This document shows positions 34,834 to 49,600 of a DNA stretch of 64,000 nt, one piece after another. This DNA comes from Cladosporium halotolerans (Eukaryota), in NCBI RefSeq assembly GCF_011745625.1, contig NW_027191454.1, positions 806,001 to 870,000 of the forward strand. Reading direction: 5' to 3'. A program made the translations under genes and the position numbers. Within the stretch, counting starts at the first letter, position 1; every line of letters starts with the position of its first letter. The notes under the pieces were generated by a model. The model was not told where the DNA came from. It made no database searches and saw nothing but the letters and a program-made list of their open reading frames with translations.

Positions 34834-37800
34834 CCGGAGTTGGGTTTGGGAGGGAGGGGAGGAGTGAGTGTGTGGGTTGAGGACGCGGGCGAGGGTGTGT
34901 GGTTGACGGGACGGGGAGGGTGTGATGCGTGCCAGAGGGTGAGGGCGCCGATCGTGGGTGGGCAGGCTGCGCGCGGGAGGCGGAAGGCCTACGTGGAGGG
35001 CGATCGCGGGGGCGTCGGAGGCCCTACCTTAGACATACACGTCTGGTTTTTGACCGTTGTTCGTTTTTCCCTCTCCTGTGTCAGAGCGGGACGCAGGCCG
35101 TCGGCGAAGGGTCACGGGGTTCGAGACAGGGTAGGAGTTCCAGGCAGGGCATGGCGTTATCGGTGGAGCGTCACGGGCGTTGGATGGTACTTCGAATAGT
35201 TAGTGTGTACGGCGGTGTGTGTGCTGGCCCATACTGCAGTAGTCAGGTCGCAAGCGTATGCAAGTTATGTGTAACGTAACCTCGTGCACGAGGACTCCCA
35301 CGAGCGGTGTCCTGAGCGGCCGTTGCTACATATACGTCCGTTCGCTCAGCATGGTCGTCCAGAGTGGGGAGGGAGCGGAATGCTTCGGACGAACTATACG
35401 TGCTTGCCTCGCCGTGCAGTCCTCTGTTCAGGAGAAGTAGGCCGTGAGGGAGAAGGGTGAGAGACACTGCGACGTCTTGGCGCGCGCGATGTGCAGGCTG
35501 TATAGCTTATACCTTGCTGTGGCTTAAGCAAACGGTGCACAACGGCTGAGAGCGAGGGGGCGAAAAGAAGGCGACGTTGGCAGTGCAATTTCGCCGCGCC
35601 AGAGACAACTTAAGCTTATCCGCACGCGCGCCACGCCCGGGGACTAAGATCCTTGTAACTACCGTGAGGCATTCGGCGCCGAACGATGCCTTGCGGCTCG
35701 ATGTGGTCGACGTTGCCCCTCTTGGCTCAGACACGATTTGTTTGGCTCGTTGCGTCATAGGGAGGGCCTGCCACCTGCGACGCGAGCGCAGGCGACGCGA
35801 CTGTCTCAGAGTGCTGGCCTGATACCCAGCGTGGCCGGCCGCGCCCTTGTCGCGGATTCCCGTGACTCGAGCATGGCGAGTTCTCGGAGGGGTGTCTGAG
35901 CGTCCCGGGCTTTTTTTGTTCTGGAAGGGCGTTTGGGCCTACGTGGAGTGTGGAATGTACCGCGAGGGTGCGGTGCCTGTTTCCGCCTCAAACACCTGGC
36001 TGATTCAGGCGGGCTGCGCGTTTCGCCTTGCGGCGCTATACGGATGGCGGCGAGTCGTGCGCGCTGTCCGCGTACCTGGTCGGTCGGCAGTGATGGGCGG
36101 ATCTACATCGAGGAGTGTGTTTGCGCGAGTAATAGTGTACATATGCATACCGTACACAAGGCGGTATGTCGATGGGCATATAGGCACGGGACGGGGCGCG
36201 GGCTGGGAGGGCTGCCTGACGGCCTGGCATACGGCACCCCTGCTCTGCGCTTCTGCATGCCGGAGAGCAGTGCGCGGGTGTGGCGCGCGGTCGGTGGAGG
36301 TGCAGCGCTGGACGAGGAGGCTACCGCCTATATGCCAGCGGTGGTACGGTATACCAGCGGCAGCGCGAGGTGCTGCGCTGTCTTACCTGACGACCCGCTC
36401 GCGCACGGCGGGCTGTGGCACGTGTGTGGCTTACCAGGCGCGGTGTAAGGCTCCGAGGCCTCCAGCTGTGGGGACTCGGGGTTTGGAGAGGGCGCGGTGG
36501 GCGAGAGCGTTGGCTCTTGGGCGGACGGGGGGCAGGCAAGAGGCGAGCGCTCAGGATCATGATGTGCGCGGGAGAGCGGCGGCCGGGGCGGCGCTGTGTG
36601 TGCGATTGATTGCCGTCGCCTGCCCTGTTGGGCTTGGGAGAGGAGCGGCGAGGGCGGGCGAGGGCGCGCCGCCAAGCAGTGAGGTCGGAGAATATGCGCA
36701 GGGTTGCAAGGGTGGTGCTGCAAGCGTGCATGAGGCAGGCGAGGCAGGATGGACTACTGTAGGTACACGCCGTACAAGCGGCGGGCGGCGGATATGCGTG
36801 CTGACCGTGGTTGGTCGTGGGCGGCGGCAGCATCGCCAGCTCGCAGCGCATCGGCGTGCCGGGCGCCACCGTCCACGGCATGCCATGCCATGCCATCCCC
36901 GGCGCCGGACGGAGGCGGCGCTCGCACGCGCAGGCAGGTCGCTGTCCGCGTACCACTAGTCGCTGCTGGCCGCCGGGCTGGACGCGCTCTGTGCTGCGAC
37001 GATCGACGTGGCAGCGAGGGGAGCGGGCGGGACAGCAGCAGTACAGCAGTGGTGGGAGGGAGGGAGAGCAGCGCTCCCGGCTAAGCGCAGGCTGCCTATA
37101 CACGGTGCGGGCTGTCGGGGCGTGTCGCAGAGCGATGCAACGGCCGGCCGCCTCCTGCGCGCATACCACCCAGCAGTGCAGCAGTGCAGCGCTGAGCGGG
37201 CAGCCTGACCGGGGCTGGCGCTGGTACGGCGGGTGGGCTTTGCGCGCAACGCACAACGCACAAGCACACACAACGCACAACGCTCGCGCGCGCGCCCATC
37301 GCGATCGTGGCCTCCTATGCCGTTGGGACGCGGGTGGATGGGGAGGATAGGGAGGAGCAGTGCTGGGGGTGGGTTGGAGGTGAGGTGTGAGCAGGCATAC
37401 ACTTGTGTACCTCTGGTGTAGAGCAGTGAGCAGTATGGTTGCGGGTGCATACTACAGCACACCTTCGCAGCACGTGTTTATTGACATACCCACACACACT
37501 ACTTCACACTTCACACACCTCCTACACGGCACAGCGCAAAGCATCGCCCACAAACCTTCCCGTGCAGCTTCTCCTCCGCCCTCCTGCTGAAGACGCGAAG
37601 CCCGCCGGGACCTGCGCAAGCGCCCTGCGAGTCGCGCGTCTAACCCGCGCCCCGGCCAATCGGCGCCCCCTCGCGCCGCCCGCACGGCCCCCGCGCACCT
37701 GGCCGCGCTGAGGCGCCAGCGCTGAGACGGGCGGGCAGCGGCCAGCGCGCTGCGCTTGCCGCTGGTCTGAAGGCTGAATCGGCAGGGCACGCCAGGGGAA

Positions 37801-38330
37801 ACCGAGATTGCCTCCTCCACGCTGCTCCGTCACTCCTCCTCCCACCCACCCTATACTACACCTGCCCGCCCGCCAATCTGCTCTTCTCGCCTCTCGTCGA
37901 CTCACGAGCCCAGCTCTGCATCATCACTCTCTCTGGTGCTTAGCCTGCCCTTCCTTTCATTGTTCTTCGCTTCCTCCCCGGGCCCGCCGTCACTCTTTCC
38001 GGCACCCTTCCCTTCATTGCCTCGCCCATCCCATTCTTTGTCCTCGCCGGCTCCGCCCCGCGCGTCGACCTCGCCCTTCGATTACACCGCCTGCTCCCGG
38101 TCAGCAGCCCTACTTTCACCCGCCTCGCCTGGTCGCAGGACGCCTGTCTCCGACACGGCCTTCATCCCTTCTCTCACACGGCTCCGCTCCGGTCCCAACT
38201 ACCGCCGCCGTACGCATCCGTAACGACAACAACGAACCCGGGCTCGCGTCACGTTATTACCCGATACCTTAGGCCAATCGCCACGATTTTTACGAAGCTC
38301 GAAGCACCAGCGTAGCACCAACCACCCACC

Positions 38331-40520
38331 ATGGCGGACGTCATGCAGCCTCAGCAGCTGCCTCAGCCCCAGCAGGACGATTCCTCCTCCATGCCGCCTC
38401 CCACTTCCACGCCCACATCGGCCAGCTCGGCTGCCAATGCCGCCAGGAGGCCTCCTCGCAAGAGCACCCTCACACAGCAGCAGAAGAACCAGAAGCGCCA
38501 GCGCGCGACTCAGGATCAGCTGCTCACACTCGAGGTCGAGTTCAACAAGAACCCCACACCGACCGCTCTCGTTCGCGAACGCATCGCTCAGGAAATCAGC
38601 ATGACCGAGCGCTCTGTACAGATTTGGTTTCAGAACAGGTGCGTTGGTATGAACTCGAACAGCGAAATTCAATGCTGACTAAACAATAACAGGCGTGCAA
38701 AGATAAAGAACATTGCAAAGCGTAGCATTGAAAGCGGTGAAGACTGCGACAGCATCCCCGACTCTATGAGACAGTACCTCGCAATGCACGCCTACGGCCC
38801 CAAGCCCATGGGCGGCATGCCCGGCCAGCCGTTCCCCTACAACAACGGCGGACTCATGCTCAACACCGATACCACATCCGGCAAGACCGTCATCCAACAC
38901 TTCCACTGCCGTTCCCTCTCCATTGGCACTTGGCGCCGCGTTGGCCAGAGCACTATGGACCTGGTTATCTTCTACTCGCCCGAAAAGGCTTGCATCACAT
39001 ACTACATTCACAACGACGCCGCTGGTTACAAGATCGAATACCCATTCGCTTGGATCAAGAACATCTCTTTGGAGCAGGGAGACGTACAGTCTGCTGTCGA
39101 GGGTGCATCGCAGCGATCAGGCGGCCTCATCGTCGAGCTCACAAGGCCTCCCAAGTTCTACATGGATAGCTCTGGAAGCGGTGGCTTCTACGAGTGTGGA
39201 GACTTCACAGAGGACCAGCAGGCTAGCCGTATTTTCATCCACCACCTTGGTGGCCCTTCGAAGGTTCTCAGCGGTCAACTGGCGAAGCTGGTGTCTCTCG
39301 AATCGTACCAGAACCGTCACCACTTGTTCGACCCCAACTCGTTCGGCGTCGCCTCTGCGCCCGTCTCACCCGTTGGACACCGCCCGGCTAGCCAGCCTAA
39401 CCACATGGTGCACCCTCACCACCAGATGAACTTCCTTGCTCCTGACCCTAACGCCGGCCTTATGGGACCCCCTGCGCCTCGTGGTCACAAGCGCCAGAGG
39501 AGTCGCTCTGTGCCCGCCGCTATCGATTTCTCGATGATCCGCCAGCCGATGCCGTCGTTCCTCATCCAGCACGAGAGCCAGTCCACACCTACTGCACAGG
39601 AGCCTGCCCTCTTCGCACCGCAGCCCCAATACGCTCACCAGCCCAACTTTGCACCCGGCCCGGCGCCAGGCTTGAGCATTGACACGTCTGCTACCTACGG
39701 CATGGACCTTCGTTTTGCTGGACCGATGTCTGCTACTACTGTCAACTCGCCCAGCGAATTTGGCACTCCTGCTTTCTACTCTGGTCCTGGCGAGGCTCCT
39801 CATCACCCTCAAGTGAGCACGCCCTACAACAACGGCTTCCTTGCTGTTGACCAAGCCGCCATGATCGGAACTACCAACACTCCCCTGTCTATGGCTAGTG
39901 GCGGCGACCCCGTCATCGCGGATCACTCTCCTCCTCTTCATGGTCTGGGCCGCAGCCAGAGTGCTGACGTCTTTGGCACACCTGGCGACAACTCACAGTT
40001 CGGCGACGATGGTCTCTACCTCTCAGAGTCCTTCAACAAGCAATTGGCACTCCCTTTCAGGAGTCCCATGAACGATGAGTTCGCCTCGCCTCTGCCGGAT
40101 TCGCAGTTCAACTTCGAGATGCCTCAGAGTGTTGAAAGCCAGATGAGCCTGCCTTACCGCGCACAGGAAGGAGGGCTCAGCTTCCAGAGCCCGCCCCACC
40201 AGACCCCTGACCACATGTCTTTCCAGTCGCCTACGCCCGGAGCCAACATGCATCAGGATAGTGGTATTGCCTTCTCGACTCCCTCCCATGTGCCGCAAGA
40301 CCAGCAATTCAACTTCAACAGCCCCAAAGACAGCGGCATGGTCTACCAGGACTCCAAGGTCTACCAGAGCCCCGCGCCGATGCAGCAGCTCTCTGAGGAC
40401 TCGAACATGTACCAGCAAAGCCCGCTCGGTCAGGGAACTCCTGGCCAGGCCTCTGACATGGACATGCAGAACATGGGCCTGTACGTCGACCCTCACAACC
40501 TGAGCCAGCCGCAGCACTAG
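38331..40520 (+). CDS. Homeobox transcription factor (Pah1/Kal-1/Hoy1/Phx1-like)
   Basis: Homeodomain [23 protein letters not shown]...[16 protein letters not shown] across an intron at ~38639-38692; conserved block [11 protein letters not shown]...[17 protein letters not shown]. Confidence 0.93.
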
Positions 40521-41630
40521 TGTTGCAATCGACCTGATGTCGGGACATCATACACGCAGGCACGCGGCTGGAAATGGCCTGCCCACACCGCCACTGTCTA
40601 TTCACGCAGCGATCTCAGCGAGCACCGTTCTTTCGTCATTATTTCCTTAGTCGACTTCTTCCTCGCATGGCAGCCATCTTTTCCTGCCATTCGTCTTTCA
40701 TCTTTTTTCAAACCAGCGACAATCGCAACACGCACACACAATATGTTGGACACATAATACTAGTGCTTATTTTCTCAACGATGGGAGGGAGAAGGCGTTC
40801 CAAAAGACCACGCCGCAGCGCGAGCGATGCGTCGGACCGGAGTACAGCAGCTTGGACACCGACGCCCGCGGGCCCTCGAGAAGGAGGGCGGCTCAGACAT
40901 GGGTGGAAATCTTTTGCACGGTCGTCGGACAGATCAGATCCATTTCTTGCAAAGTACAAGAACAAGACTGCTGCCACGTTCCGTTTTTGTCATTTTGTTT
41001 TTGTTGAATCTGCGCTGCTTTTCTGGGAACCACAAACCTCTTCTTTCTCCTATTTTTTTTTTCCTTTTTGTTTATTCGGAAAGGGAGTGGGGGTTTCTTT
41101 GATACCCTGTTATTTTTTTTTTCCCCGTCGCTTTTTGCTTTTTGCTTGGATGTCGTTTTGCTCTTTTCTGCTTTTCTTCACAGATCGTCAACTGGCTTTT
41201 GAGTGTTTTGAAACATTTGATCTTTCTTAGCTTCTGCTTGCTCTGGTCGAGACAAGATATAGATATTCCCTCGTGGCAAGCTTTTGATAACAATACTCTC
41301 TCCTCTTCTCACTTTTGGATTCAATAGTTGCTGTGAAGTGGTTTCGTGCGTGTTATTGAATTCTTGAGTAGGCTTGTTGACTTGCGACGAGTGTGATCAG
41401 ATCGCTTTGCTCTGAAGCGTCTTTCACTCGTGTAGATGTTGGGTGTGAAGTTGGTTTTCACAGTGTTTGGCGTGCACCTTGATCTCACATGCTTGATCCG
41501 CGTTGTAGTGACGCACTGACCCTCTCCCCCACGTCAGCGTCTCGATGCGCCTTGAACTTCGAGCGAGCAGCTCATAGCTCCGACTCTCGACCAAGCTCGC
41601 GACAGACAACCCCCAATCAGCGACTTCACC

Positions 41631-42750
41631 ATGGACGCACTCAAGGCGTGGGGTATGAAAGTTAGACCACCTCAGCACACATACAGACCCTAACAAACCC
41701 ATCCCAGAGATCGAGAACGCGGTCAAGCTCACCGACCCCCACCGCGACGCCCTCTACGCCTACAACCCGCAACAACAGAAAGAAATCCACGCCGCGCGCC
41801 CCTGGCGCTCCGACCCACACCACTTCAAATCCGTCCGCATCTCCGCCGTCGCCCTCGTCAAAATGGCCATGCACGCCCGCTCCGGCGGCTCCCTCGAGGT
41901 CATGGGCCTGATGCTCGGCCACGTCCAACACGAGACCTTCGTCGTCACCGACGCCTTCCGCCTGCCCGTCGAGGGCACCGAGACCCGCGTCAACGCCCAG
42001 AGCGAAGCGGACGAGTACATGGTCGAGTTCCTCGCCAAGTCGCGCGAGGCCGGGCAGACGGAGAACGCGGTCGGCTGGTACCACTCGCACCCGGGCTACG
42101 GCTGCTGGCTGTCCGGCATCGACGTCGCCACCCAGCACACCCAGCAGATGTTCCAGGACCCCTTCCTCGCCGTCGTCATCGACCCGGACCGCACCATCAG
42201 CGCCGGCAAGGTCGAGATCGGCGCCTTCCGCACCTACCCCGAGGGCTACAAGCCGCCCTCGCAGCCCTCTGCCTCCGGCGGCGGCGGCGGCGGCGGCGAC
42301 GTGCCCCTCGCCAAAGCGCAGGACTTCGGCGCCCACGCCGACAGGTACTACGCGCTCGAGGTGTCGCACTACAAGTCCAGCCTCGACAGCCGCCTGCTCG
42401 AGGCGCTGTGGAACAAGTACTGGGTGCAGACGCTGTCGGCCTCGCCGCTGTTCGCGAACCGCGAGTACGGCACGCGGCAGATCGCGGACCTGGCTGGCAA
42501 GGCGCGGCAGGCGCAGGAGGCGCAGAAGCAGCGCGCCGGGGGGCTGGTGGCTATGATGCCGGCGGCGAAGAGGAAGGGGGGCGGCGACGAGGCGATGGCG
42601 AGGGTCGTCGCGGCGGCGGAGAAGGTGGCGGGCGAGGAGAGGGCGGGGCTGAGGGCTGCGGGGGTGAAGGAGGGGGTTTTTGGCGTGGGGTTTGAGGGGT
42701 TGGTTGGGGGTGGGGAGGATGAGGTTATGGATGATGTCAGGGGGTCGTGA
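41631..42750 (+). CDS. CSN5: COP9 signalosome subunit 5 (JAMM deneddylase; CsnE/Rri1)
   Basis: MDALKAW, intron 41653-41707, then EIEN...[39 protein letters not shown] motif [16 protein letters not shown], and LWNKYW. Confidence 0.97.
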
Positions 42751-43690
42751 GGGTGGATGCAGGGCGAGGGTGAATGTGTGGCGCGCGCGTGTGTGGGGAC
42801 ACAGGGTGTTTCACGATGATTACGAGCGACAATTTTTCCTGGTCAGTTTCTGAGCATGAGTGGCGTTTTCGGGCAGTGCGAGGAGGGCGGGCGACAGTGC
42901 GTCTATGCTGCCCTCTTGCGCACGATGGATACATGACAGTAGAATAGGAGCATGGTTCTATCGCAGGATGCTCTATGTATGAACAAACATTCAACATTAC
43001 GGGTATGCCCCAGCAGATTCACAGGCGCATGTTCGTACAATGGTATCGTGCTCACATAAGGATTGCTTGCATTTCGTGAAGCGTGTCATGGTAGCGAGAG
43101 TGCATAGCTGATGCTCTCATACAATCCGTTTATGAGGCATCTTGGAAGATCGTCCTTGAATAAAATACATGTACTCCGCCCGGAAGACGGCAAGAACACA
43201 AGCTTTGTGACGTCGTCCAGGGATGGGCGATCTCCACGCGGAGAAGGGCTTCGCGCGGTGGGTCAAAGAGGGCCGAGATCACGGTGCCGCATTCCGCGCG
43301 ACGCCGGGAGACTTTCATTATTCCATCCTCACGCCGATCTCTCCTTGCGGACATTATTTCCTCGACGACGAAGTGTTTGGGAGCAGCGGAGCGTCCTGAA
43401 CCTTTGCGACTGGTGTGAAGCTCGCGTGCGCGCAATCGTGTTCGCAGTGAAGCCGACAACATACACCGGAGAAAGCACACCTGGAGTTTCTCCCACAGCA
43501 CCACCACCACCCTGATACCTCGAATACCTCCCGCCGAAACCTCAGCATCCGATAACAAAGCCCAAGGACATGTCCTCCCAACCCTCCAACAACCCCACGC
43601 AAACCCCTCCCCGCCCTCGCAGCTGATGGCTCCCAACCACCACTACCACCACCACCACCCACAGGACCATCCCGACTCCCACAGACCAAC

Positions 43691-46600
43691 ATGCCTGTCC
43701 CGACCGCCTCCTTCCTCGTCGGCCTCGTCGTCCTCGCCTACCTAGCGACCTTCATCGTCTTCGCCGTCCTGCGCGTCGTCACCGGCGTCTCCATCCAGCG
43801 CGTCGGGCCCTCCGGCTTCCGCCGCATAGCCTTCGCGCCTAGGCATGGAATCAAAGTCACCGTCAGGGGCGTCGGCTTCTCGCCGCACAGGCCGACGTTC
43901 GCGCTGCCGACCTGGGGCAGTCTGGTTGTTACGGAGCTTTGCGTGACGGTTGATTTGAGGGCGCTGGGGGAGGAGAAGAGGGGGCGGAGCGAAGCGGCGA
44001 GTAAGAGGGCTGAGGGGAAGGCGAACGGGGCGCTGGATGGGTCTAGAGAGGACGAGGAGGATGAGGACGAAGGGCACGGGAAGCTCTGGCGGAAATTGAC
44101 CGAAGTCAAAGAGAAGATCAAGCGGCTGCACAGCAAAATCCACTGGCTGCGGCTGGTCGACCTGGTCGCGGACGCGGCGGAGGTCAACATCGTGGGCGTC
44201 GGCAGCCTGCGCATCGAGCGCGCGACGCTCTCGGTCGACACGCGCAGCCAGACGGTCGACCGCAGCAGGCTGTTCCAGCACCACAAGAGCAAGCCCGAGA
44301 CGCAGCGGCCCGCGGAGTGGAAGTCGATCATCCGCAGCGTGCTGTTCACGCCCGAGGGCAAGGAGTCGACGGAGGTGCTGGACTATTGCGCGCTGAACAT
44401 CCACGGCTTGCTGTATCGGGAGCTGCAGGGTCTCAGGGACGCGTCGATTTCGTTCAAGCTAGGGAGACTGAATATTCCGTATGACGATATTGAGCATGCG
44501 AAGAAGAGCGCTGATCTGATTCGCGGCAAGTATGCGCAGTCTCACCAGGGGAGCCCAGCGGGTGGTAAGGACATTTCGCTGGCGGACGCTCTGGACGAGA
44601 TGGAGAAGCCGGGGAGCCGGGAGGAGCGCATCGTTCAGACCGTATCGGATTCGAGGGCTTTTATTGCTTCCATTCTGCGCGGTATACAGGAGGTTCAGCT
44701 CGCTGTCAGCTTCCTGGGCTTTTCGAAGAAGCTGTCCGTGAAGGCTGAATCGGGCAAGGATGTCTACTTCAATCTGGCGTTGAAAGAGGTCGGCATGGAT
44801 ATTCTACGGCTGGACTCGAAGACTCCAGCTCACCGGATGTATTTCTCGAGAGAAGATGTGGCTCATCAGGGTTTGCTCACGGCTATTTCAATCGCTGCTG
44901 GAATTGACGATGGACACGAGCGCCCTGAGCGGATGGTGTATGTCCCTATGATCACAGCGACGGTGAAGACTACTCTACCTGCGAGGACATTGCATTATTC
45001 AAAAAACAACAGCGCGGGCGAACGTAATTCCAACATCTTGTACGCCAACTTCGTCTGTACCTCGCCCTCGATCGACCTTGATCCAAAGCATCTTCCTCTC
45101 GTTCTGCAGATGCTCAACAACCAGAAGTCTGGGCCTCCGAGACAACCGGGTAGGTCTAATAGTCACCGGATAATCTCGCAGCTCTTGCCGAAGGCGAGCG
45201 TGAAGCTCTCGATTCAGGAGCCAGTCATAAGAGTCTCACTGCCACCTATGGACAAACACGCTGAACGGGAAGACTACGACTTGCTTATCTCTTCAGTGTC
45301 ATCCATGTCGCTGGAGGTGGAGTCATCTCATTCTCCAGGTGACCACCTACACTACAGTCTGGCTTCCAACTACCGTCACACGTCGCATCAACTATACTAT
45401 CAAACGGCTGCCGGAGAACGACACGATTTGATGCAGAGCGACACTGTCGAGTTCAAGATGGACATGAACGCCATACCCGGTGCCACGGTGACTGCGTTCG
45501 GTCGATTCCAGACCCTCACAATCTATCTTGTAAGGCCAGACATCTGCGAGGGCATCCGCCAGATTGTGAAGCAGTTGCGAAAGAACGTTCTCAAATCGTC
45601 GAAGACCGAGAAACAAGTCCAACCCAGCTTCCTACGAAAGCTACCCGATTGGCTGCAACAGTTCCGTCTAGAAGGCCACGATTTTGCTCTGCAATTGGCT
45701 GGCGTGGATCAAGAGGTCTCACAGGATACACGCGGATTCGGCCTCGAGTTAGAGACGTGGACGGTAGCGTATACTGCCAACCGCGAGGATGTGCAGCAGG
45801 TGGATCATCGGCGCAGATCCAGCAGTCGCGTGTCCATGAGTATGGATAAGTCTTCGAATCCGCCGTCAAGATCCAGCTCTCCTAAGAAAAAGAAGCCGCA
45901 GAATCCGACTGATGGCCGACGCTTGACGGTGCACCTGCAGAACTTGGACGGATTGATTATTGATTCGGTTGATGAGTCGAATCCGGAGCCATTCATGTCG
46001 CTTCCGCGATTTGAGACAGCGTTCTCGACCTCGACCGATGCTCACGGGCCGATCTTCCACATCAACTCGCACGCGAAGAGTCTACTGTTGCACTACTCGT
46101 TGTACAACCATTTCGCCATGGGAGTGGCGGCGACTGTCGTTAGGCGAACGTTCTTGCAGCATGACGGTGAAAAGGCGGCTCAACACCCGCCTCCACCGCA
46201 GCCGCAGGAGAAACGCCAAAGTCTCAAGGTCCCAGGCTCTATGGTCACGACGGAGGACTTGGCCAGGAACGAGATCACTACTGTTGACTTCAAGGCCTCT
46301 CTCATCCAAGTCAAAGCTACTTTGCCAGCCGATCCGCCCATGATGTTGCAAGTTTTCAACCTCGAAGTTGGTCAACATCGCTGGGCAAGCCCTTTCTTTC
46401 GGAATCGACTCACTCGCCTTTACGTTCGCGCGCCGAGCACAAAGTCCGCTTGGAGCAGGATTGTCAGCATCACATCCCCACGGCTGGACTTGCGAGATGT
46501 CAAGCGTCGGCACGGAAGCACTACAGTCATCGAGAAGTCGGTTGACCTGTCTATGGAGACCATACGGATCGGTGTGCCACATCAATTACTGGTTCACAGC

Positions 46601-49600
46601 ATATTCGACAATATTACAAATATCATCAAGACGACTAAACAGCTGCAATATCATTTCGCTACAGGCACCATGGACGATGTCCTCAAGAAAGAACCAGAGG
46701 GACCGAAGAATGTACCGCGCATCTCGCTGCGTACGCAACTGTTCATCTTCGAAGTTGAAGACAGCAGCTTTGAATGGAAGCTGGGAGCTATCTACCGTGC
46801 GGGCCTTCTGGAGCAAAAGCAAAGGCTTGCCAGAGAAGAGCTTTTCAAAGCCAAGGAGAAGAGACTTAGGCGTGGTAGCCGAAACGACTCCCGCCGAGCG
46901 AGATCGATTCACCCCACAACTCGCTCCAGATCCACAACACGACCTGACGAGACAATCAAGCGAAGTTCCAGCGCACATCCGACTCCTGATGCTGGCAGTC
47001 AGCGCACCGGGCGTCGTAAGATGCGCTATGATGCTGAAGGGAAGTGTGGTATCAGTGATACTTCCCAATTGACGATAGATCAAGCTCGAGAGCGATTGCA
47101 CCGGCTGAACGCAGACACGTGGAAAGCCCGCATCGACAGGGTTCTGTCGTTCCAGCGGCGTGCGATCAAGGACATTCGCTCGAGTTTCTTCGGCATGGAT
47201 GACATCCCGGAAGGTATCGAGCAGCACGAGCCGATTATGGCGCTCAGTCAACGCCCCGCTCTTCTAGCAATCTACATGAGCGATCTTGCCATCACGGTGG
47301 ACAAGCCTTCTTTCCCCATTGAGGAGGTGCCGAAGTTTCTGCACAGCGTCGGAAAGGGAATGCCGCATGGCATGCAGTACGGACTCCTCGTACCTATGAA
47401 CCTGCATGTCACCACGGGAGAGGCTAAATTCCAGCTGCGAGACTACCCGCTGCCTTTGCTACATGTTCCGACCCTCGCAAATGGGCAATCTCCTCGCCTG
47501 CCGTCATTATCTCTCAAGACCAATTTCGTGATCGCTGAGGAATTCAGAGACTTCGAGTCCCAGAAGGAGGTCAACATTGTGGTCGTTCCCAAAGAGAAGA
47601 TGGGCCCTGGCCGCGACGATCCTTTCTCTTTCAACGTCAGGCGCACAATTTCTCCAGTCAAGACCTATTCGGACATGCAATTTGAGATCAACACCAGCCA
47701 GCCGACAAAGATCACTTGGGGCACGTCGTACCAGCCTGCTATTCAGGACGCCATGCAGTGCATTGAGGGATTCACTAAGCCCCCGATCGACCCGTCCGAT
47801 AGGGTGGGCTTCTGGGACAAGATCCGCCTGAGCTTCCACTCCCGCGTTAACGTCGCGTGGAAGGGCGACGGTGATGTTCACCTTGCGTTGAAGGGCTCTC
47901 GCGATCCTTATGTCGTGACGGGCGATGGAGCGGGCTTAGTGATGGTCTGGAGGAACGACGTGCGCTGGAACATAGGGCAGGAGAACGATGCTCGCCAGTT
48001 CATGACCGTGGACAGTGGCGACTACATCTTGGCCGTGCCTGATTTCAACAAATATGCCCGCTACGCTACTGAGAATGACTCTGGAGACGACAACAGCTCC
48101 ATGGGATCCGGCGGCAGCGGCAATAAGCGCGACGCTGTCTTCAAGAAGGTCGTCATGAAGTTGTCTGGCAATGTCCGCTGGATGGCTGGGCTAATGTTCG
48201 AGAGAGATCTGCCCAATGGCTCTCGTTCATTCAAATTCAAGCCTCACTACGATGTCGTCCTCAAGCATCCGAACTTTGCGAAGGCACCACCAGGTGGCGA
48301 GTACGACGCTTTCCGCGACTTTCGCAGCCATCATATCCACATGTCAATTGCAGTGGCGGCGCCTCATAACAGAGATTGGTCGGTGTCCAACCTCAAGCCA
48401 TCGAACAATTACAACTCTCTGCACCTCACACCTCGCTTCTTCTCGCACTTCTTCAGCTGGTGGTCGATGTTCTCGGGCGTCATGTCTCTACCCGTAAGGC
48501 AGGGGCCGCTCTGGGGAGCAACGGAAAAGAAGAGCAAGAAGTTCGGTCGGCACATTGCGACCATCAAGTACAATCTGCTCCTGTCTCCGCTCTTCGTCAG
48601 CCACTTGTACAAGCACAAAGACGCCGAAGAATACATGGACGACACCGTTTCGGCGACAGGTCTGAAGATGAAGCTCGACAGTTTCATGCTCGATCTGCAC
48701 CAGCGCAGAGAGTTCTTCGACATCGAGGGCCACGACGACGCAGCTGCCAAACGCTCCAGCGGCATTCGCATCAACCAGGCCCAGGTGGACCTCATCTCCG
48801 CGGACTTGCGCGCAGTCTCTGCCAGCATAACAGGCACGAGTGCCAAGGAGATGGAAAAGGCCACGGACGACATGCTGGCTTCCTACTACGGCCAGGCGCC
48901 GCAGGTCAACTTGGCGAAGTTCACTATTCCCGACAACGACTTTACCTGGGTGGACATGGACGACTTTGTCGAGTTGGATTGGATCTTGCCCGCGGAGTCG
49001 GACCCGGAAACGAAGATTCTGCCGCTCGGGCATGCTCCTAGATTTACGTACTTCCGCCAAACGGACCACGGGAACTCGATATCAGGTGACACTACCAGAT
49101 CAAGCCCGTTCGGTGACGAATCGACGCACTACTGCGTCATGTCAGGCAAGAACGACCCGCGGCGCGTCCAAGCTGAATTAATCAGCGATCGTCTGCAATC
49201 TCTGAAGAAGCAGCGCCAGGACAACGAGCGGGCGGAGCACGATCTCGAGCTGAAATTGATCAAGTCTATTGAAAAAAACAACTCGGCGGCAGAAGCCAAC
49301 ATGTCAGCTGTCCGCGCTCACGGAGAGCAGCTTCAGCAGAAGCAGGGATTCCTCAAAGAAATGCTAGACGCTTTGACAGAGCGACTCGAGCACGACGACC
49401 CTGCTGCTGTTCCGGAGCTGGAAACGGCGGAAGAGTTTTATGAGGCGTACGAGAACACCCCCACGCCGCTGGCCGATCCAGACAAGCAGCATATGGATTC
49501 TGCGCCACTGGCAGACTATACCAGTGACTTCAACAACCGCTTCATTGTCCACAACCCGCAAATCAAGTGGAATAATTCCCTGCGGAACATCATTCTGCGC

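Noticed and set aside
35847..37350. Long ORFs on both strands upstream of the homeobox gene
   Set aside because: Low-complexity GC-rich translations with no domain-like content.
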